From: Eledone cirrhosa
Taxonomy: Eukaryota
Reading direction: 5' to 3'
Assembly: GCA_964016885.1 (NCBI GenBank)
Contig: OZ024740.1
Span: 7,812,001 to 7,876,000, forward strand
DNA: 64,000 nucleotides
This document shows, piece after piece, positions 40,071 to 55,700 of the stretch; position 1 is the stretch's first letter, and the number at the start of each line of letters is the position of its first letter. Position numbers and translations under genes: made by a program. The notes beneath the pieces are model-generated. The model worked only from the letters and a program-made list of their open reading frames with translations. It ran no database searches and was not told the DNA's origin.

Positions 40071-43000
40071 ATCAGTTTCGATTGGTATGTCAGTTTCGAT
40101 TGGTATATCAGTTTCGATTGGTATGTCAGTTTCTATTGGTATATCAGTTTCTATTGGTATGTCAGTTTCTATTGGTATGTCAGTTTCTATTGGTATGTCA
40201 GTTTCTATTGCTATATCAGTTTCTATAAGTTTATCAGTTTCAATTGTTATGTCAGTTTCTATTGGTATGTCAGTTTCGATTGGTATATCAGTTTCTATTG
40301 GTATGTCAGTTTTGATTGTTATATCACTTCGGATTAGTATTTCAGTTTCGATTGGTATGTCAGTTTCGATTGGTATATCAGTTTCGATAGGTATATCAGT
40401 TTCGATAGGTATATCAGTTTCTGTTGGATTGTCAGTTTCGATTGGTATGTCAGTTTCTATTGGAATGTCAGTTTCGATTGGAATGTCAGTTTCGATTGGT
40501 ATGTCAGTTTCTGTTGGTATGTCAGTTTCGATTAGTATATCAGTTTCTATTGGTATGTCAGTTTCGATTGGTATGTCAGTTTCGATTGATATATCAGTTT
40601 CGATTAGTATGTCAGTTTCTAACGGTATGTCAGTTTCGATTAGTATATCAGTTTCTATTGGTATGTCAGTTTCGATTGGTATGTCAGTTTCGATTGGTAT
40701 ATCAGTTTCGATTAGTATATCAGTTTCGATTGTTATATCAGTTTTGATTGGTATGTCAGTTTCTATTGGTATATCAGTTTTGATTGGTATATCAGTTTCT
40801 ATTGGTATGTCAGTTTCTATTGGTATGTCAGTTTCTATTGGTATGTCAGTTTCTATTGGTATGTTAGTTTCTGTTTTGATTGGTATATCAGTTTCTATTG
40901 GTATGTCAGTTTCTATTGGTATATCAGTTTCTATTGGTATGTCAGTTTCGATTGGTATGTCAGTTTCTATTGCTATGTCAATTTCGATTGGTATATCAGC
41001 TTCGATTAGTATGTCAGTTTCTATTGGTATATCAGTTTCTATTGGTATATCTGTTTCGATTGGTATGTCAGTTTCTATTGGTAGATTCAGTTACGATTGG
41101 CATGTTAGTTACTATTGGTATATCAGTTTTGATTAGTATATCAGTTTCTACTGGTATGTAAGTTTCGATAGGTATGTTAGTCCTCGATTGGTATGTCAGT
41201 TTCGATTGTTATGTCAGTGTCGATTGGTATATCAGTTTCGATTGGTATGTCAGTTTGGATTGGTATGTCAGTTTCGATTGGTATGTCAGTTTCGATTGGT
41301 ATATCAGTTTCCATTGGTATATCAGTTTCAATTAGTATGTCAGTTTCGATTGGTTTGTCAGTTTCGATTAGTATATCAGTTTCTATTGGTATGTCAGTTT
41401 CGATTGGTATGTCAGATTCTATTGGTATATCAGTTTCGATTGGTATTTCAGTTTCGATTGGTATATCAGTTTCTATTGCTATATCAGTTTCTATTGGTAT
41501 GTCAGTTTGGATTGGTATATCAGTTTCGATTAGTATGTCAGTTTCGATTGGTATGTCAGTTTCGATTGGTATATCAGTTTCGATTGATATATAAGTTTCG
41601 ATTGGTATGTCAGTTTCGATTGGTATGACAGTTTCTATTGGTATATCAGTTTCTATTGGTATGACAGTTCCGATTGGTGTGTCAGTTTCGATTGGTATGT
41701 CAATTTCAATTGGTATATCAGTTTTGATTAGTATGTCAGTTTCTAATGGTATGTCAGTTTCGATTAGTATATCAGTTTCTATTGGTATGTCAGTTTCGAT
41801 GGGTATGTCAGTTTCGATTGGTATGTCAGTTTCTATTGGTATATCAGTTTCGAATGGTATGTCTGTTTCGATTAGTATATCAGTTTCTATATGTATATCA
41901 GTTTCAATTGTTATGTCAGTTTCTATTGGTATATCAGTTTCTAATGGTATGTCAGTTTCTATTTGTATATTAGTTTCAATTGGTATGTTAGTTACTATTG
42001 GTAAGTCAGCTTCGATTAGTATATTAGTTACTATTGGTATCTCAGTTTCTATTGGTATGTCAGTTTCGATTGGTATGTCAGTTTCGATTGGTATATCAGT
42101 TTCGATTGGTATGTCAGTTTCGATTAGTATATCAGTTTCTATTGGTATATCAGTTTCTATTGGTATGTCAGTTTTAATTGGTATATCAGTTTCGATTAGT
42201 ATGTCAGTTTCGATTGGTATGTCAGTTTCGATTGGTATATCAGTTTCGATAGGTATATCAGTTTCGATTGGTATATCAGTTTCTATTTGTATATCAGTTT
42301 CTATTGGTATATCAGTTTCGATAGGTATATCTGTTATGATTGGTATGTCAGTTTCTATTGGTAGATCAGTTACGATTGGTATGTTAGTTACTATTGGTAT
42401 ATCAGTTACGATTAGTATATCAGTTTCTATTGGTATGTCAGTTTTGATAGGTATATTAGTCCTCGATTTGTATGTCAGTTTCTATTGGTATGTCAGTTTC
42501 GATTGGTATGTCAGTTTCGATTAGTATATCAGTTTCTATAAGTATATCAGTTTCAATTGTTATGTCAGTTTCTATTTGTATATCAGTTACAATTGGTATG
42601 TTAGTTTCTATTGGTAAGTCAGCTTCGATTTGTATATCAGTTTCGATTGGTATGTCAGTTTCGATTGGTATATCAGTTTCGATTGGTATGTCAGTTTCTA
42701 TTGGTATATCAGTTTCTATTGGTATGTCAGTTTCTATTGGTATGTCAGTTTCTATTGGTATGTCAGTTTCTATTGCTATATCAGTTTCTATAAGTTTATC
42801 AGTTTCAATTGTTATGTCAGTTTCTATTGGTATGTCAGTTTCGATTGGTATATCAGTTTCTATTGGTATGTCAGTTTTGATTGTTATATCACTTCGGATT
42901 AGTATTTCAGTTTCGATTGGTATGTCAGTTTCGATTGGTATATCAGTTTCGATAGGTATATCAGTTTCGATAGGTATATCAGTTTCTGTTGGATTGTCAG

Positions 43001-44360
43001 TTTCGATTGGTATGTCAGTTTCTATTGGAATGTCAGTTTCGATTGGAATGTCAGTTTCGATTGGTATGTCAGTTTCTGTTGGTATGTCAGTTTCGATTAG
43101 TATATCAGTTTCTATTGGTATGTCAGTTTCGATTGGTATGTCAGTTTCGATTGATATATCAGTTTCGATTAGTATGTCAGTTTCTAACGGTATGTCAGTT
43201 TCGATTAGTATATCAGTTTCTATTGGTATGTCAGTTTCGATTGGTATGTCAGTTTCGATTGGTATATCAGTTTCGATTAGTATATCAGTTTCGATTGTTA
43301 TATCAGTTTTGATTGGTATGTCAGTTTCTATTGGTATATCAGTTTTGATTGGTATATCAGTTTCTATTGGTATGTCAGTTTCTATTGGTATGTCAGTTTC
43401 TATTGGTATGTCAGTTTCTATTGGTATGTTAGTTTCTGTTTTGATTGGTATATCAGTTTCTATTGGTATGTCAGTTTCTATTGGTATATCAGTTTCTATT
43501 GGTATGTCAGTTTCGATTGGTATGTCAGTTTCTATTGCTATGTCAATTTCGATTGGTATATCAGCTTCGATTAGTATGTCAGTTTCTATTGGTATATCAG
43601 TTTCTATTGGTATATCTGTTTCGATTGGTATGTCAGTTTCTATTGGTAGATTCAGTTACGATTGGCATGTTAGTTACTATTGGTATATCAGTTTTGATTA
43701 GTATATCAGTTTCTACTGGTATGTAAGTTTCGATAGGTATGTTAGTCCTCGATTGGTATGTCAGTTTCGATTGTTATGTCAGTGTCGATTGGTATATCAG
43801 TTTCGATTGGTATGTCAGTTTGGATTGGTATGTCAGTTTCGATTGGTATGTCAGTTTCGATTGGTATATCAGTTTCCATTGGTATATCAGTTTCAATTAG
43901 TATGTCAGTTTCGATTGGTTTGTCAGTTTCGATTAGTATATCAGTTTCTATTGGTATGTCAGTTTCGATTGGTATGTCAGATTCTATTGGTATATCAGTT
44001 TCGATTGGTATTTCAGTTTCGATTGGTATATCAGTTTCTATTGCTATATCAGTTTCTATTGGTATGTCAGTTTGGATTGGTATATCAGTTTCGATTAGTA
44101 TGTCAGTTTCGATTGGTATGTCAGTTTCGATTGGTATATCAGTTTCGATTGATATATAAGTTTCGATTGGTATGTCAGTTTCGATTGGTATGACAGTTTC
44201 TATTGGTATATCAGTTTCTATTGGTATGACAGTTCCGATTGGTGTGTCAGTTTCGATTGGTATGTCAATTTCAATTGGTATATCAGTTTTGATTAGTATG
44301 TCAGTTTCTAATGGTATGTCAGTTTCGATTAGTATATCAGTTTCTATTGGTATGTCAGTT
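39230..44360. repeat. Higher-order duplication, period 2565 bp; related copies recur at +4629 and then +3488/3470 (to about 53700)
   Basis: CACTTCGGA at about 40325, 42890, 47519 and 51007; GTAGATTCAG recurs in step; identical 409-aa pseudo-ORFs at 39907 and 42472. Confidence 0.88.
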
Positions 44361-44454
44361 TCGATTGGTATGTCAGTTTCGATTGGTATATCAGTTTCGA
44401 TTAGTATATCAGTTTCGATTGTTATATCAGTTTCGATTGGTATGTCAGTTTCTA

Positions 44455-46790
44455 TTGGTATATCAGTTTCTATTGGTATGTCAGTTTCGATTGCTGTGTC
44501 AGTTTCGATTGGTATGTCAATTTCAATTGGTATATCAGTTTTGATTAGTATGTCAGTTTCTATTGGTATGTCAGTTTCGATTGGTATATCAGTTTCGATT
44601 GGTATGTCAGTTTCGATTAGTATATCAGTTTCGATTGGTATGTCAGTTTCGATTGGTATATCAGTTTCGATTGGTATGTCAGTTTCGATTAGTATATCAG
44701 TTTCTATTGGTATATCAGTTTCTATTGGTATGTCAGTTTTGATTGGTATATTAGTTTCGATTAGTATGTCAGTTTCGATTGGTATGTCAGTTTCGATTGG
44801 TATATCAGTTTCGATAGGTATATCAGTATCTATTGGTATATCAGTTTCTATTGGTATATCAGTTTCTATTGGTATGTCAGTTTTGATTGGTATATCAGTT
44901 TCGATTAGTATGTCAGTTTCGATTGGTATGTCAGTTTCGATTGGTATATCAGTTTCGATAGGTATATCAGTTTCGATTGGTATATCAGTTTCTGTTGGAT
45001 TGTCAGTTTCGATTGGTATGTCAGTTTCTATTGGAATGTCAGTTTCGATTGGAATGTCAGTTTCGATTGGTATGTCAGTTTCTGTTGGTATATCAGTTTC
45101 GATTGATATATCAGTTTCGATTAGTATGTCAGTTTCTAACGGTATGTCAGTTTCGATTAGTATATCAGTTTCTATTGGTATGTCAGTTTCGATTGGTATA
45201 TCAGTTTCGATTAGTATATCAGTTTCGATTGTTATATCAGTTACGATTGGTATGTCAGTTTCTATTGGTATATCAGTTTTGATTGGTATGTCAGTTTCTA
45301 TTGGTATGTCAGTTTCTATTGGTATGTCAGTTTCTATTGGTATGTCAGTTTCTGTTTTGATTGGTATCTCAGATTCGATTGGTATGTCAGTTTCGATTGG
45401 TATGTCAGTTTCTATTGGTATATCAGTTTCTATTGGTATGACAGTTTCGATTGGTGTGTCAGTTTCGATTGGTATGTCAATTTCAATTAGTATATCAGTT
45501 TTGATTAGTATGTCAGTTTCTAATGGTATGTCAGTTTCGATTGGTATGTCAGTTTCGATTGGTATATCAGTTTCGATTGGTATGTCAGTTTCGATTAGTA
45601 TATCAGTTTCTATTGGTATATCAGTTTCTATTGGTATGTCAGTTTCGATTGCTGTGTCAGTTTCGATTGGTATGTCAATTTCAATTGGTATATCAGTTTT
45701 GATTAGTATGTCAGTTTCTATTGGTATGTCAGTTTCGATTGGTATATCAGTTTCGATTGGTATGTCAGTTTCGATTAGTATATCAGTTTCGATTGGTATG
45801 TCAGTTTCGATTGGTATATCAGTTTCGATTGGTATGTCAGTTTCGATTAGTATATCAGTTTCTATTGGTATATCAGTTTCTATTGGTATGTCAGTTTTGA
45901 TTGGTATATCAGTTTCGATTAGTATGTCAGTTTCGATTGGTATGTCAGTTTCGATTGGTATATCAGTTTCGATAGGTATATCAGTATCTATTGGTATATC
46001 AGTTTCTATTGGTATATCAGTTTCTATTGGTATGTCAGTTTTGATTGGTATATCAGTTTCGATTAGTATGTCAGTTTCGATTGGTATGTCAGTTTCGATT
46101 GGTATATCAGTTTCGATAGGTATATCAGTTTCGATTGGTATATCAGTTTCTGTTGGATTGTCAGTTTCGATTGGTATGTCAGTTTCTATTGGAATGTCAG
46201 TTTCGATTGGAATGTCAGTTTCGATTGGTATGTCAGTTTCTGTTGGTATATCAGTTTCGATTGATATATCAGTTTCGATTAGTATGTCAGTTTCTAACGG
46301 TATGTCAGTTTCGATTAGTATATCAGTTTCTATTGGTATGTCAGTTTCGATTGGTATATCAGTTTCGATTAGTATATCAGTTTCGATTGTTATATCAGTT
46401 ACGATTGGTATGTCAGTTTCTATTGGTATATCAGTTTTGATTGGTATGTCAGTTTCTATTGGTATGTCAGTTTCTATTGGTATGTCAGTTTCTATTGGTA
46501 TGTCAGTTTCTGTTTTGATTGGTATCTCAGATTCGATTGGTATGTCAGTTTCGATTGGTCTGTCAGTTTCTATTGGTATATCAGTTTCTATTGGTATGAC
46601 AGTTTCGATTGGTGTGTCAGTTTCGATTGGTATGTCAATTTCAATTGGTATATCAGTTTTGATTAGTATGTCAGTTTCTAATGGTATGTCAGTTTCGATT
46701 GGTATGTCAGTTTCGATTGGTATATCAGTTTCGATTGGTATGTCAGTTTCGATTAGTATATCAGTTTCTATTGGTATATCAGTTTCTATT
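44455..46790. repeat. Higher-order duplication, period 1158 bp (64 monomers + 6-bp insertion; boundaries approximate)
   Basis: Identical ORF pair 44977/46135; ATTGCTGTGTC and GTTTCTGTTTTG recur at +1158. Confidence 0.85.
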
Positions 46791-49700
46791 GGTATGTCAG
46801 TTTTAATTGGTATATCAGTTTCGATTAGTATGTCAGTTTCGATTGGTATGTCAGTTTCGATTGGTATATCAGTTTCGATAGGTATATCAGTTTCGATTGG
46901 TATATCAGTTTCTATTTGTATATCAGTTTCTATTGGTATATCAGTTTCGATAGGTATATCTGTTATGATTGGTATGTCAGTTTCTATTTGTAGATCAGTT
47001 ACGATTGGTATGTTAGTTACTATTGGTATATCAGTTACGATTAGTATATCAGTTTCTATTGGTATGTCAGTTTTGATAGGTATATTAGTCCTCGATTTGT
47101 ATGTCAGTTTCTATTGGTATGTCAGTTTCGATTGGTATGTCAGTTTCGATTAGTATATCAGTTTCTATAAGTATATCAGTTTCAATTGTTATGTCAGTTT
47201 CTATTTGTATATCAGTTACAATTGGTATGTTAGTTTCTATTGGTAAGTCAGCTTCGATTAGTATATCAGTTTCGATTGGTATGTCAGTTTCGATTGGTAT
47301 ATCAGTTTCGATTGGTATGTCAGTTTCTATTGGTATATCAGTTTCTATTGGTATGTCAGTTTCTATTGGTATGTCAGTTTCTATTGTTATGTCAGTTTCT
47401 ATTGCTATATCAGTTTCTATAAGTTTATCAGTTTCAATTGTTATGTCAGTTTCTATTGGTATGTCAGTTTCGATTGGTATATCAGTTTCTATTGGTATGT
47501 CAGTTTTGATTGTTATATCACTTCGGATTAGTATTTCAGTTTCGATTGGTATGTCAGTTTCGATTGGTATATCAGTTTCGATAGGTATATCAGTTTCGAT
47601 AGGTATATCAGTTTCTGTTGGATTGTCAGTTTCGATTGGTATGTCAGTTTCTATTGGAATGTCAGTTTCGATTGGAATGTCAGTTTCGATTGGTATGTCA
47701 GTTTCTGTTGGTATGTCAGTTTCGATTAGTATATCAGTTTCTTTTGGTATGTCAGTTTCGATTGGTATGTCAGTTTCGATTGATATATCAGTTTCGATTA
47801 GTATGTCAGTTTCTAACGGTATGTCAGTTTCGATTAGTATATCAGTTTCTATTGGTATGTCAGTTTCGATTGGTATGTCAGTTTCGATTGGTATATCAGT
47901 TTCGATTAGTATATCAGTTTCGATTGTTATATCAGTTTTGATTGGTATGTCAGTTTCTATTGGTATATCAGTTTTGATTGGTATATCAGTTTCTATTGGT
48001 ATGTCAGTTTCTATTGGTATGTCAGTTTCTATTGGTATGTCAGTTTCTATTGGTATGTTAGTTTCTGTTTTGATTGGTATATCAGTTTCTATTGGTATGT
48101 CAGTTTCTATTGGTATATCAGTTTCTATTGGTATGTCAGTTTCGATTGGTATGTCAGTTTCTATTGGTATGTCAATTTCGATTGGTATATCAGCTTCGAT
48201 TAGTATGTCAGTTTCTATTGGTATATCAGTTTCTATTGGTATATCTGTTTCGATTGGTATGTCAGTTTCTATTGGTAGATTCAGTTACGATTGGCATGTT
48301 AGTTACTATTGGTATATCAGTTTTGATTAGTATATCAGTTTCTACTGGTATGTAAGTTTCGATAGGTATGTTAGTCCTCGATTGGTATGTCAGTTTCGAT
48401 TGTTATGTCAGTGTCGATTGGTATATCAGTTTCGATTGGTATGTCAGTTTGGATTGGTATGTCAGTTTCGATTGGTATGTCAGTTTCGATTGGTATATCA
48501 GTTTCCATTGGTATATCAGTTTCAATTAGTATGTCAGTTTCGATTGGTTTTCAGTTTCGATTAGTATATCAGTTTTTATTGGTATGTCAGTTTCGATTGG
48601 TATGTCAGATTCTATTGGTATATCAGTTTCGATTGGTATTTCAGTTTCGAATGGTATATCAGTTTCTATTGCTATATCAGTTTCTATTGGTATGTCAGTT
48701 TGGATTGGTATATCAGTTTCGATTAGTATGTCAGTTTCGATTGGTATGTCAGTTTCGATTGGTATATCAGTTTCGATTGATATATAAGTTTCGATTGGTA
48801 TGTCAGTTTCGATTGGTATGACAGTTTCTATTGGTATATCAGTTTCTATTGGTATGACAGTTCCGATTGGTGTGTCAGTTTCGATTGGTATGTCAATTTC
48901 AATTGGTATATCAGTTTTGATTAGTATGTCAGTTTCTAATGGTATGTCAGTTTCGATTAGTATATCAGTTTCTATTGGTATGTCAGTTTCGATTGGTATG
49001 TCAGTTTCGATTGGTATATCAGTTTCGATTAGTATATCAGTTTCGATTGTTATATCAGTTTCGATTGGTATGTCAGTTTCTATTGGTATATCAGTTTCTA
49101 TTGGTATGTCAGTTTCGATTGCTGTGTCAACTTCGATTGGTATGTCAATTTCAATTGGTATATCAGTTTTGATTAGTATGTCAGTTTCTATTGGTATGTC
49201 AGTTTCGATTGGTATATCAGTTTCGATTGGTATGTCAGTTTCGATTAGTATATCAGTTTCGATTGGTATGTCAGTTTCGATTGGTATATCAGTTTCGATT
49301 GGTATGTCAGTTTCGATTAGTATATCAGTTTCTATTGGTATATCAGTTTCTATTGGTATGTCAGTTTTGATTGGTATATCAGTTTCGATTAGTATGTCAG
49401 TTTCGATTGGTATGTCAGTTTCGATTGGTATATCAGTTTCGATAGGTATATCAGTATCTATTGGTATATCAGTTTCTATTGGTATATCAGTTTCTATTGG
49501 TATGTCAGTTTTGATTGGTATATCAGTTTCGATTAGTATGTCAGTTTTGATTGGTATGTCAGTTTCGATTGGTATATCAGTTTCGATAGGTATATCAGTT
49601 TCGATTGGTATATCAGTTTCTGTTGGATTGTCAGTTTCGATTGGTATGTCAGTTTCTATTGGAATGTCAGTTTCGATTGGAATGTCAGTTTCGATTGGTA

Positions 49701-52700
49701 TGTCAGTTTCTGTTGGTATATCAGTTTCGATTGATATATCAGTTTCGATTAGTATGTCAGTTTCTAACGGTATGTCAGTTTCGATTAGTATATCAGTTTC
49801 TATTGGTATGTCAGTTTCGATTGGTATGTCAGTTTCGATTGGTATATCAGTTTCGATTAGTATATCAGTTTCGATTGTTATATCAGTTACGATTGGTATG
49901 TCAGTTTCTATTGGTATATCAGTTTTGATTGGTATGTCAGTTTCTATTGGTATGTCAGTTTCTATTGGTATGTCAGTTTCTATTGGTATGTCAGTTTCTG
50001 TTTTGATTGGTATCTCAGATTCGATTGGTATGTCAGTTTCGATTGGTATGTCAGTTTCTATTGGTATATCAGTTTCTATTGGTATGACAGTTTCGATTGG
50101 TGTGTCAGTTTCGATTGGTATGTCAATTTCAATTGGTATATCAGTTTTGATTAGTATGTCAGTTTCTAATGGTATGTCAGTTTCGATTAGTATATCAGTT
50201 TCTATTGGTATATCAGTTTCGATTGGTATGTCAGTTTCGATTAGTATATCAGTTTCTATTGGTATATCAGTTTCTATTGGTATGTCAGTTTTAATTGGTA
50301 TATCAGTTTCGATTAGTATGTCAGTTTCGATTGGTATGTCAGTTTCGATTGGTATATCAGTTTCGATAGGTATATCAGTTTCGATTTGTATATCAGTTTC
50401 TATTTGTATATCAGTTTCTATTGGTATATCAGTTTCGATAGGTATATCTGTTATGATTGGTATGTCAGTTTCTATTTGTAGATCAGTTACGATTGGTATG
50501 TTAGTTACTATTGGTATATCAGTTACGATTAGTATATCAGTTTCTATTGGTATGTCAGTTTTGATAGGTATATTAGTCCTCGATTTGTATGTCAGTTTCT
50601 ATTGGTATGTCAGTTTCGATTGGTATGTCAGTTTCGATTAGTATATCAGTTTCTATAAGTATATCAGTTTCAATTGTTATGTCAGTTTCTATTTGTATAT
50701 CAGTTACAATTGGTATGTTAGTTTCTATTGGTAAGTCAGCTTCGATTAGTATATCAGTTTCGATTGGTATGTCAGTTTCGATTGGTATATCAGTTTCGAT
50801 TGGTATGTCAGTTTCTATTGGTATATCAGTTTCTATTGGTATGTCAGTTTCTATTGGTATGTCAGTTTCTATTGTTATGTCAGTTTCTATTGCTATATCA
50901 GTTTCTATAAGTTTATCAGTTTCAATTGTTATGTCAGTTTCTATTGGTATGTCAGTTTCGATTGGTATATCAGTTTCTATTGGTATGTCAGTTTTGATTG
51001 TTATATCACTTCGGATTAGTATTTCAGTTTCGATTGGTATGTCAGTTTCGATTGGTATATCAGTTTCGATAGGTGTATCAGTTTCGATAGGTATATCAGT
51101 TTCTGTTGGATTGTCAGTTTCGATTGGTATGTCAGTTTCTATTGGAATGTCAGTTTCGATTGGTATGTCAGTTTCTGTTGGTATGTCAGTTTCGATTAGT
51201 ATATCAGTTTCTATTGGTATGTCAGTTTCGATTGGTATGTCAGTTTCGATTGATATATCAGTTTCGATTAGTATGTCAGTTTCTAACGGTATGTCAGTTT
51301 CGATTAGTATATCAGTTTCTATTGGTATGTCAGTTTCGATTGGTATGTCAGTTTCGATTGGTATATCAGTTTCGATTAGTATATCAGTTTCGATTGTTAT
51401 ATCAGTTTTGATTGGTATGTCAGTTTCTATTGGTATATCAGTTTTGATTGGTATATCAGTTTCTATTGGTATGTCAGTTTCTATTGGTATGTCAGTTTCT
51501 ATTGGTATGTCAGTTTCTATTGGTATGTTAGTTTCTGTTTTGATTGGTATATCAGTTTCTATTGGTATGTCAGTTTCTATTGGTATATCAGTTTCTATTG
51601 GTATGTCAGTTTCGATTGGTATGTCAGTTTCTATTGGTATGTCAATTTCGATTGGTATATCAGCTTCGATTAGTATGTCAGTTTCTATTGGTATATCAGT
51701 TTCTATTGGTATATCTGTTTCGATTGGTATGTCAGTTTCTATTGGTAGATTCAGTTACGATTGGCATGTTAGTTACTATTGGTATATCAGTTTTGATTAG
51801 TATATCAGTTTCTACTGGTATGTAAGTTTCGATAGGTATGTTAGTCCTCGATTGGTATGTCAGTTTCGATTGTTATGTCAGTGTCGATTGGTATATCAGT
51901 TTCGATTGGTATGTCAGTTTGGATTGGTATGTCAGTTTCGATTGGTATGTCAGTTTCGATTGGTATATCAGTTTCCATTGGTATATCAGTTTCAATTAGT
52001 ATGTCAGTTTCGATTGGTTTTCAGTTTCGATTAGTATATCAGTTTTTATTGGTATGTCAGTTTCGATTGGTATGTCAGATTCTATTGGTATATCAGTTTC
52101 GATTGGTATTTCAGTTTCGATTGGTATATCAGTTTCTATTGCTATATCAGTTTCTATTGGTATGTCAGTTTGGATTGGTATATCAGTTTCGATTAGTATG
52201 TCAGTTTCGATTGGTATGTCAGTTTCGATTGGTATATCAGTTTCGATTGATATATAAGTTTCGATTGGTATGTCAGTTTCGATTGGTATGACAGTTTCTA
52301 TTGGTATATCAGTTTCTATTGGTATGACAGTTCCGATTGGTGTGTCAGTTTCGATTGGTATGTCAATTTCAATTGGTATATCAGTTTTGATTAGTATGTC
52401 AGTTTCTAATGGTATGTCAGTTTCGATTAGTATATCAGTTTCTATTGGTATGTCAGTTTCGATTGGTATGTCAGTTTCGATTGGTATATCAGTTTCGATT
52501 AGTATATCAGTTTCGATTGTTATATCAGTTTCGATTGGTATGTCAGTTTCTATTGGTATATCAGTTTCTATTGGTATGTCAGTTTCGATTGCTGTGTCAA
52601 CTTCGATTGGTATGTCAATTTCAATTGGTATATCAGTTTTGATTAGTATGTCAGTTTCTATTGGTATGTCAGTTTCGATTGGTATATCAGTTTCGATTGG

Positions 52701-55700
52701 TATGTCAGTTTCGATTAGTATATCAGTTTCGATTGGTATGTCAGTTTCGATTGGTATATCAGTTTCGATTGGTATGTCAGTTTCGATTAGTATATCAGTT
52801 TCTATTGGTATATCAGTTTCTATTGGTATGTCAGTTTTGATTGGTATATCAGTTTCGATTAGTATGTCAGTTTCGATTGGTATGTCAGTTTCGATTGGTA
52901 TATCAGTTTCGATAGGTATATCAGTATCTATTGGTATATCAGTTTCTATTGGTATATCAGTTTCTATTGGTATGTCAGTTTTGATTGGTATATCAGTTTC
53001 GATTAGTATGTCAGTTTCGATTGGTATGTCAGTTTCGATTGGTATATCAGTTTCGATAGGTATATCAGTTTCGATTGGTATATCAGTTTCTGTTGGATTG
53101 TCAGTTTCGATTGGTATGTCAGTTTCTATTGGAATGTCAGTTTCGATTGGATTGTCAGTTTCGATTGGTATGTCAGTTTCTGTTGGTATATCAGTTTCGA
53201 TTGATATATCAGTTTCGATTAGTATGTCAGTTTCTAACGGTATGTCAGTTTCGATTAGTATATCAGTTTCTATTGGTATGTCAGTTTCGATTGGTATGTC
53301 AGTTTCGATTGGTATATCAGTTTCGATTAGTATATCAGTTTCGATTGTTATATCAGTTACGATTGGTATGTCAGTTTCTATTGGTATATCAGTTTTGATT
53401 GGTATGTCAGTTTCTATTGGTATGTCAGTTTCTATTGGTATGTCAGTTTCTATTGGTATGTCAGTTTCTGTTTTGATTGGTATCTCAGATTCGATTGGTA
53501 TGTCAGTTTCGATTGGTATGTCAGTTTCTATTGGTATATCAGTTTCTATTGGTATGACAGTTTCGATTGGTGTGTCAGTTTCGATTGGTATGTCAATTTC
53601 AATTGGTATATCAGTTTTGATTAGTATGTCAGTTTCTAATGGTATGTCAGTTTCGATTAGTATATCAGTTTCTATTGGTATGTCAGTTTCGATTGGTATG
53701 TCAGTTTCGATTGGTATATCAGTTTCGATTAGTATATCAGTTTCGATTGTTATATCAGTTTCGATTGGTATGTCAGTTTCTATTGGTATATCAGTTTCTA
53801 TTGGTATGTCAGTTTCGATTGCTGTGTCAGTTTCGATTGGTATGTCAATTTCAATTGGTATATCAGTTTTGATTAGTATGTCAGTTTCTATTGGTATGTC
53901 AGTTTCGATTGGTATATCAGTTTCGATTGGTATGTCAGTTTCGATTAGTATATCAGTTTCGATTGGTATGTCAGTTTCGATTGGTATATCAGTTTCGATT
54001 GGTATGTCAGTTTCGATTAGTATATCAGTTTCTATTGGTATATCAGTTTCTATTGGTATGTCAGTTTTGATTGGTATATCAGTTTCGATTAGTATGTCAG
54101 TTTCGATTGGTATGTCAGTTTCGATTGGTATATCAGTTTCGATAGGTATATCAGTTTCGATTGGTATATCAGTTTCTATTGGTATATCAGTTTCTATTGG
54201 TATGTCAGTTTTGATTGGTATATCAGTTTCGATTAGTATGTCAGTTTCGATTGGTATGTCAGTTTCGATTGGTATATCAGTTTCGATAGGTATATCAGTT
54301 TCGATTGGTATATCAGTTTCTGTTGGATTGTCTGTTTCGATTGGTATGTCAGTTTCTATTGGAATGTCAGTTTCGATTGGAATGTCAGTTTCGATTGGTA
54401 TATCAGTTTCGATTAGTATATCAGTTTCGATTGTTATATCAGTTACGATTGGTATGTCAGTTTCTATTGGTATATCAGTTTTGATTGGTATGTCAGTTTC
54501 TATTGGTATGTCAGTTTCTATTGGTATGTCAGTTTCTATTGGTATGTCAGTTTCTGTTTTGATTGGTATATCAGTTTCGATTGGTATGTCAGTTTCTATT
54601 GGTATATCAGTTTCTATTGGTATGTCAGTTTCGATTGGTATGTCAGTTTCGATTGGTATGTCAATTTCGATTGGTATATCAGTTTCGATTAGTATGTCAG
54701 TTTCTATTGGTATGTCAGTTTCTATTGGTATATCTGTTTCGATTGGTATGTCAGTTTCCATTGGTAGATCAGTTACGATTGGCATGTTAGTTACTATTGG
54801 TATATCAGTTTTGATTAGTATATCAGTTTCTACTGGTATGTAAGTTTCGATAGGTATGTTAGTCCTCGATTGGTATGTCAGTTTCGATTGTTATGTCAGT
54901 GTCGATTGGTATATCAGTTTCGATTGGTATGTCCGTTTGGATTGGTATGTCAGTTTCGATTGGTATGTCAGTTTTGATTGGTATATCAGTTTCCATTGGT
55001 ATATCAGTTTCAATTAGTATGTCAGTTTCGATTGGTATATCAGTTTCGATTAGTATATAAGTTACTATTGGTATGTCAGTTTCGATTGGTATGTCAGATT
55101 CTATTGGTATATCAGTTTCGATTTGTATTTCAGTTTCGATTGGTATATCAGTTTCTATTGCTATATCACTTTCTATTGGTATATCAGTTTTCGATTAGTA
55201 TGTCAGTTTCGATTGGTATGTCAGTTTCGATTGGTATATCAGTTTTGATAGGTATATCAGTTTCGATTGGTATGTCAGTTTTGATTGGTATAACAGTTTC
55301 TATTGCTATATCAGTTTCTGTTGGATTGTCATTTTCGATTGCTATGTCAGTTTCGATTGGTATGTCAGTTTCTATTGGTATATCAGTTTCGATTGATATA
55401 TCAGTTTCGATTGGTATGTCAGTTTCGATTGGTATGTCAGTTTCTATTGGTATATCAGTTTCTATTGGTATGTCAGTTTCGATTGGTGTGTCAGTTTCGA
55501 TTGGTATGTCAATTTCAATTGGTATATCAGTTTTGATTAGTATGTCAGTTTCTAATGGTATGTCAGTTTCGATTAGTATATCAGTTTCTATTGGTATGTC
55601 AGTTTTGATAGGTATGTTATTCCTCGATTTGTATGTCTGTTTCTATTGGTATGTCAGTTTCGATTGGTATGTCAGTTTCTATTGGTATATCAGTTTCGAA

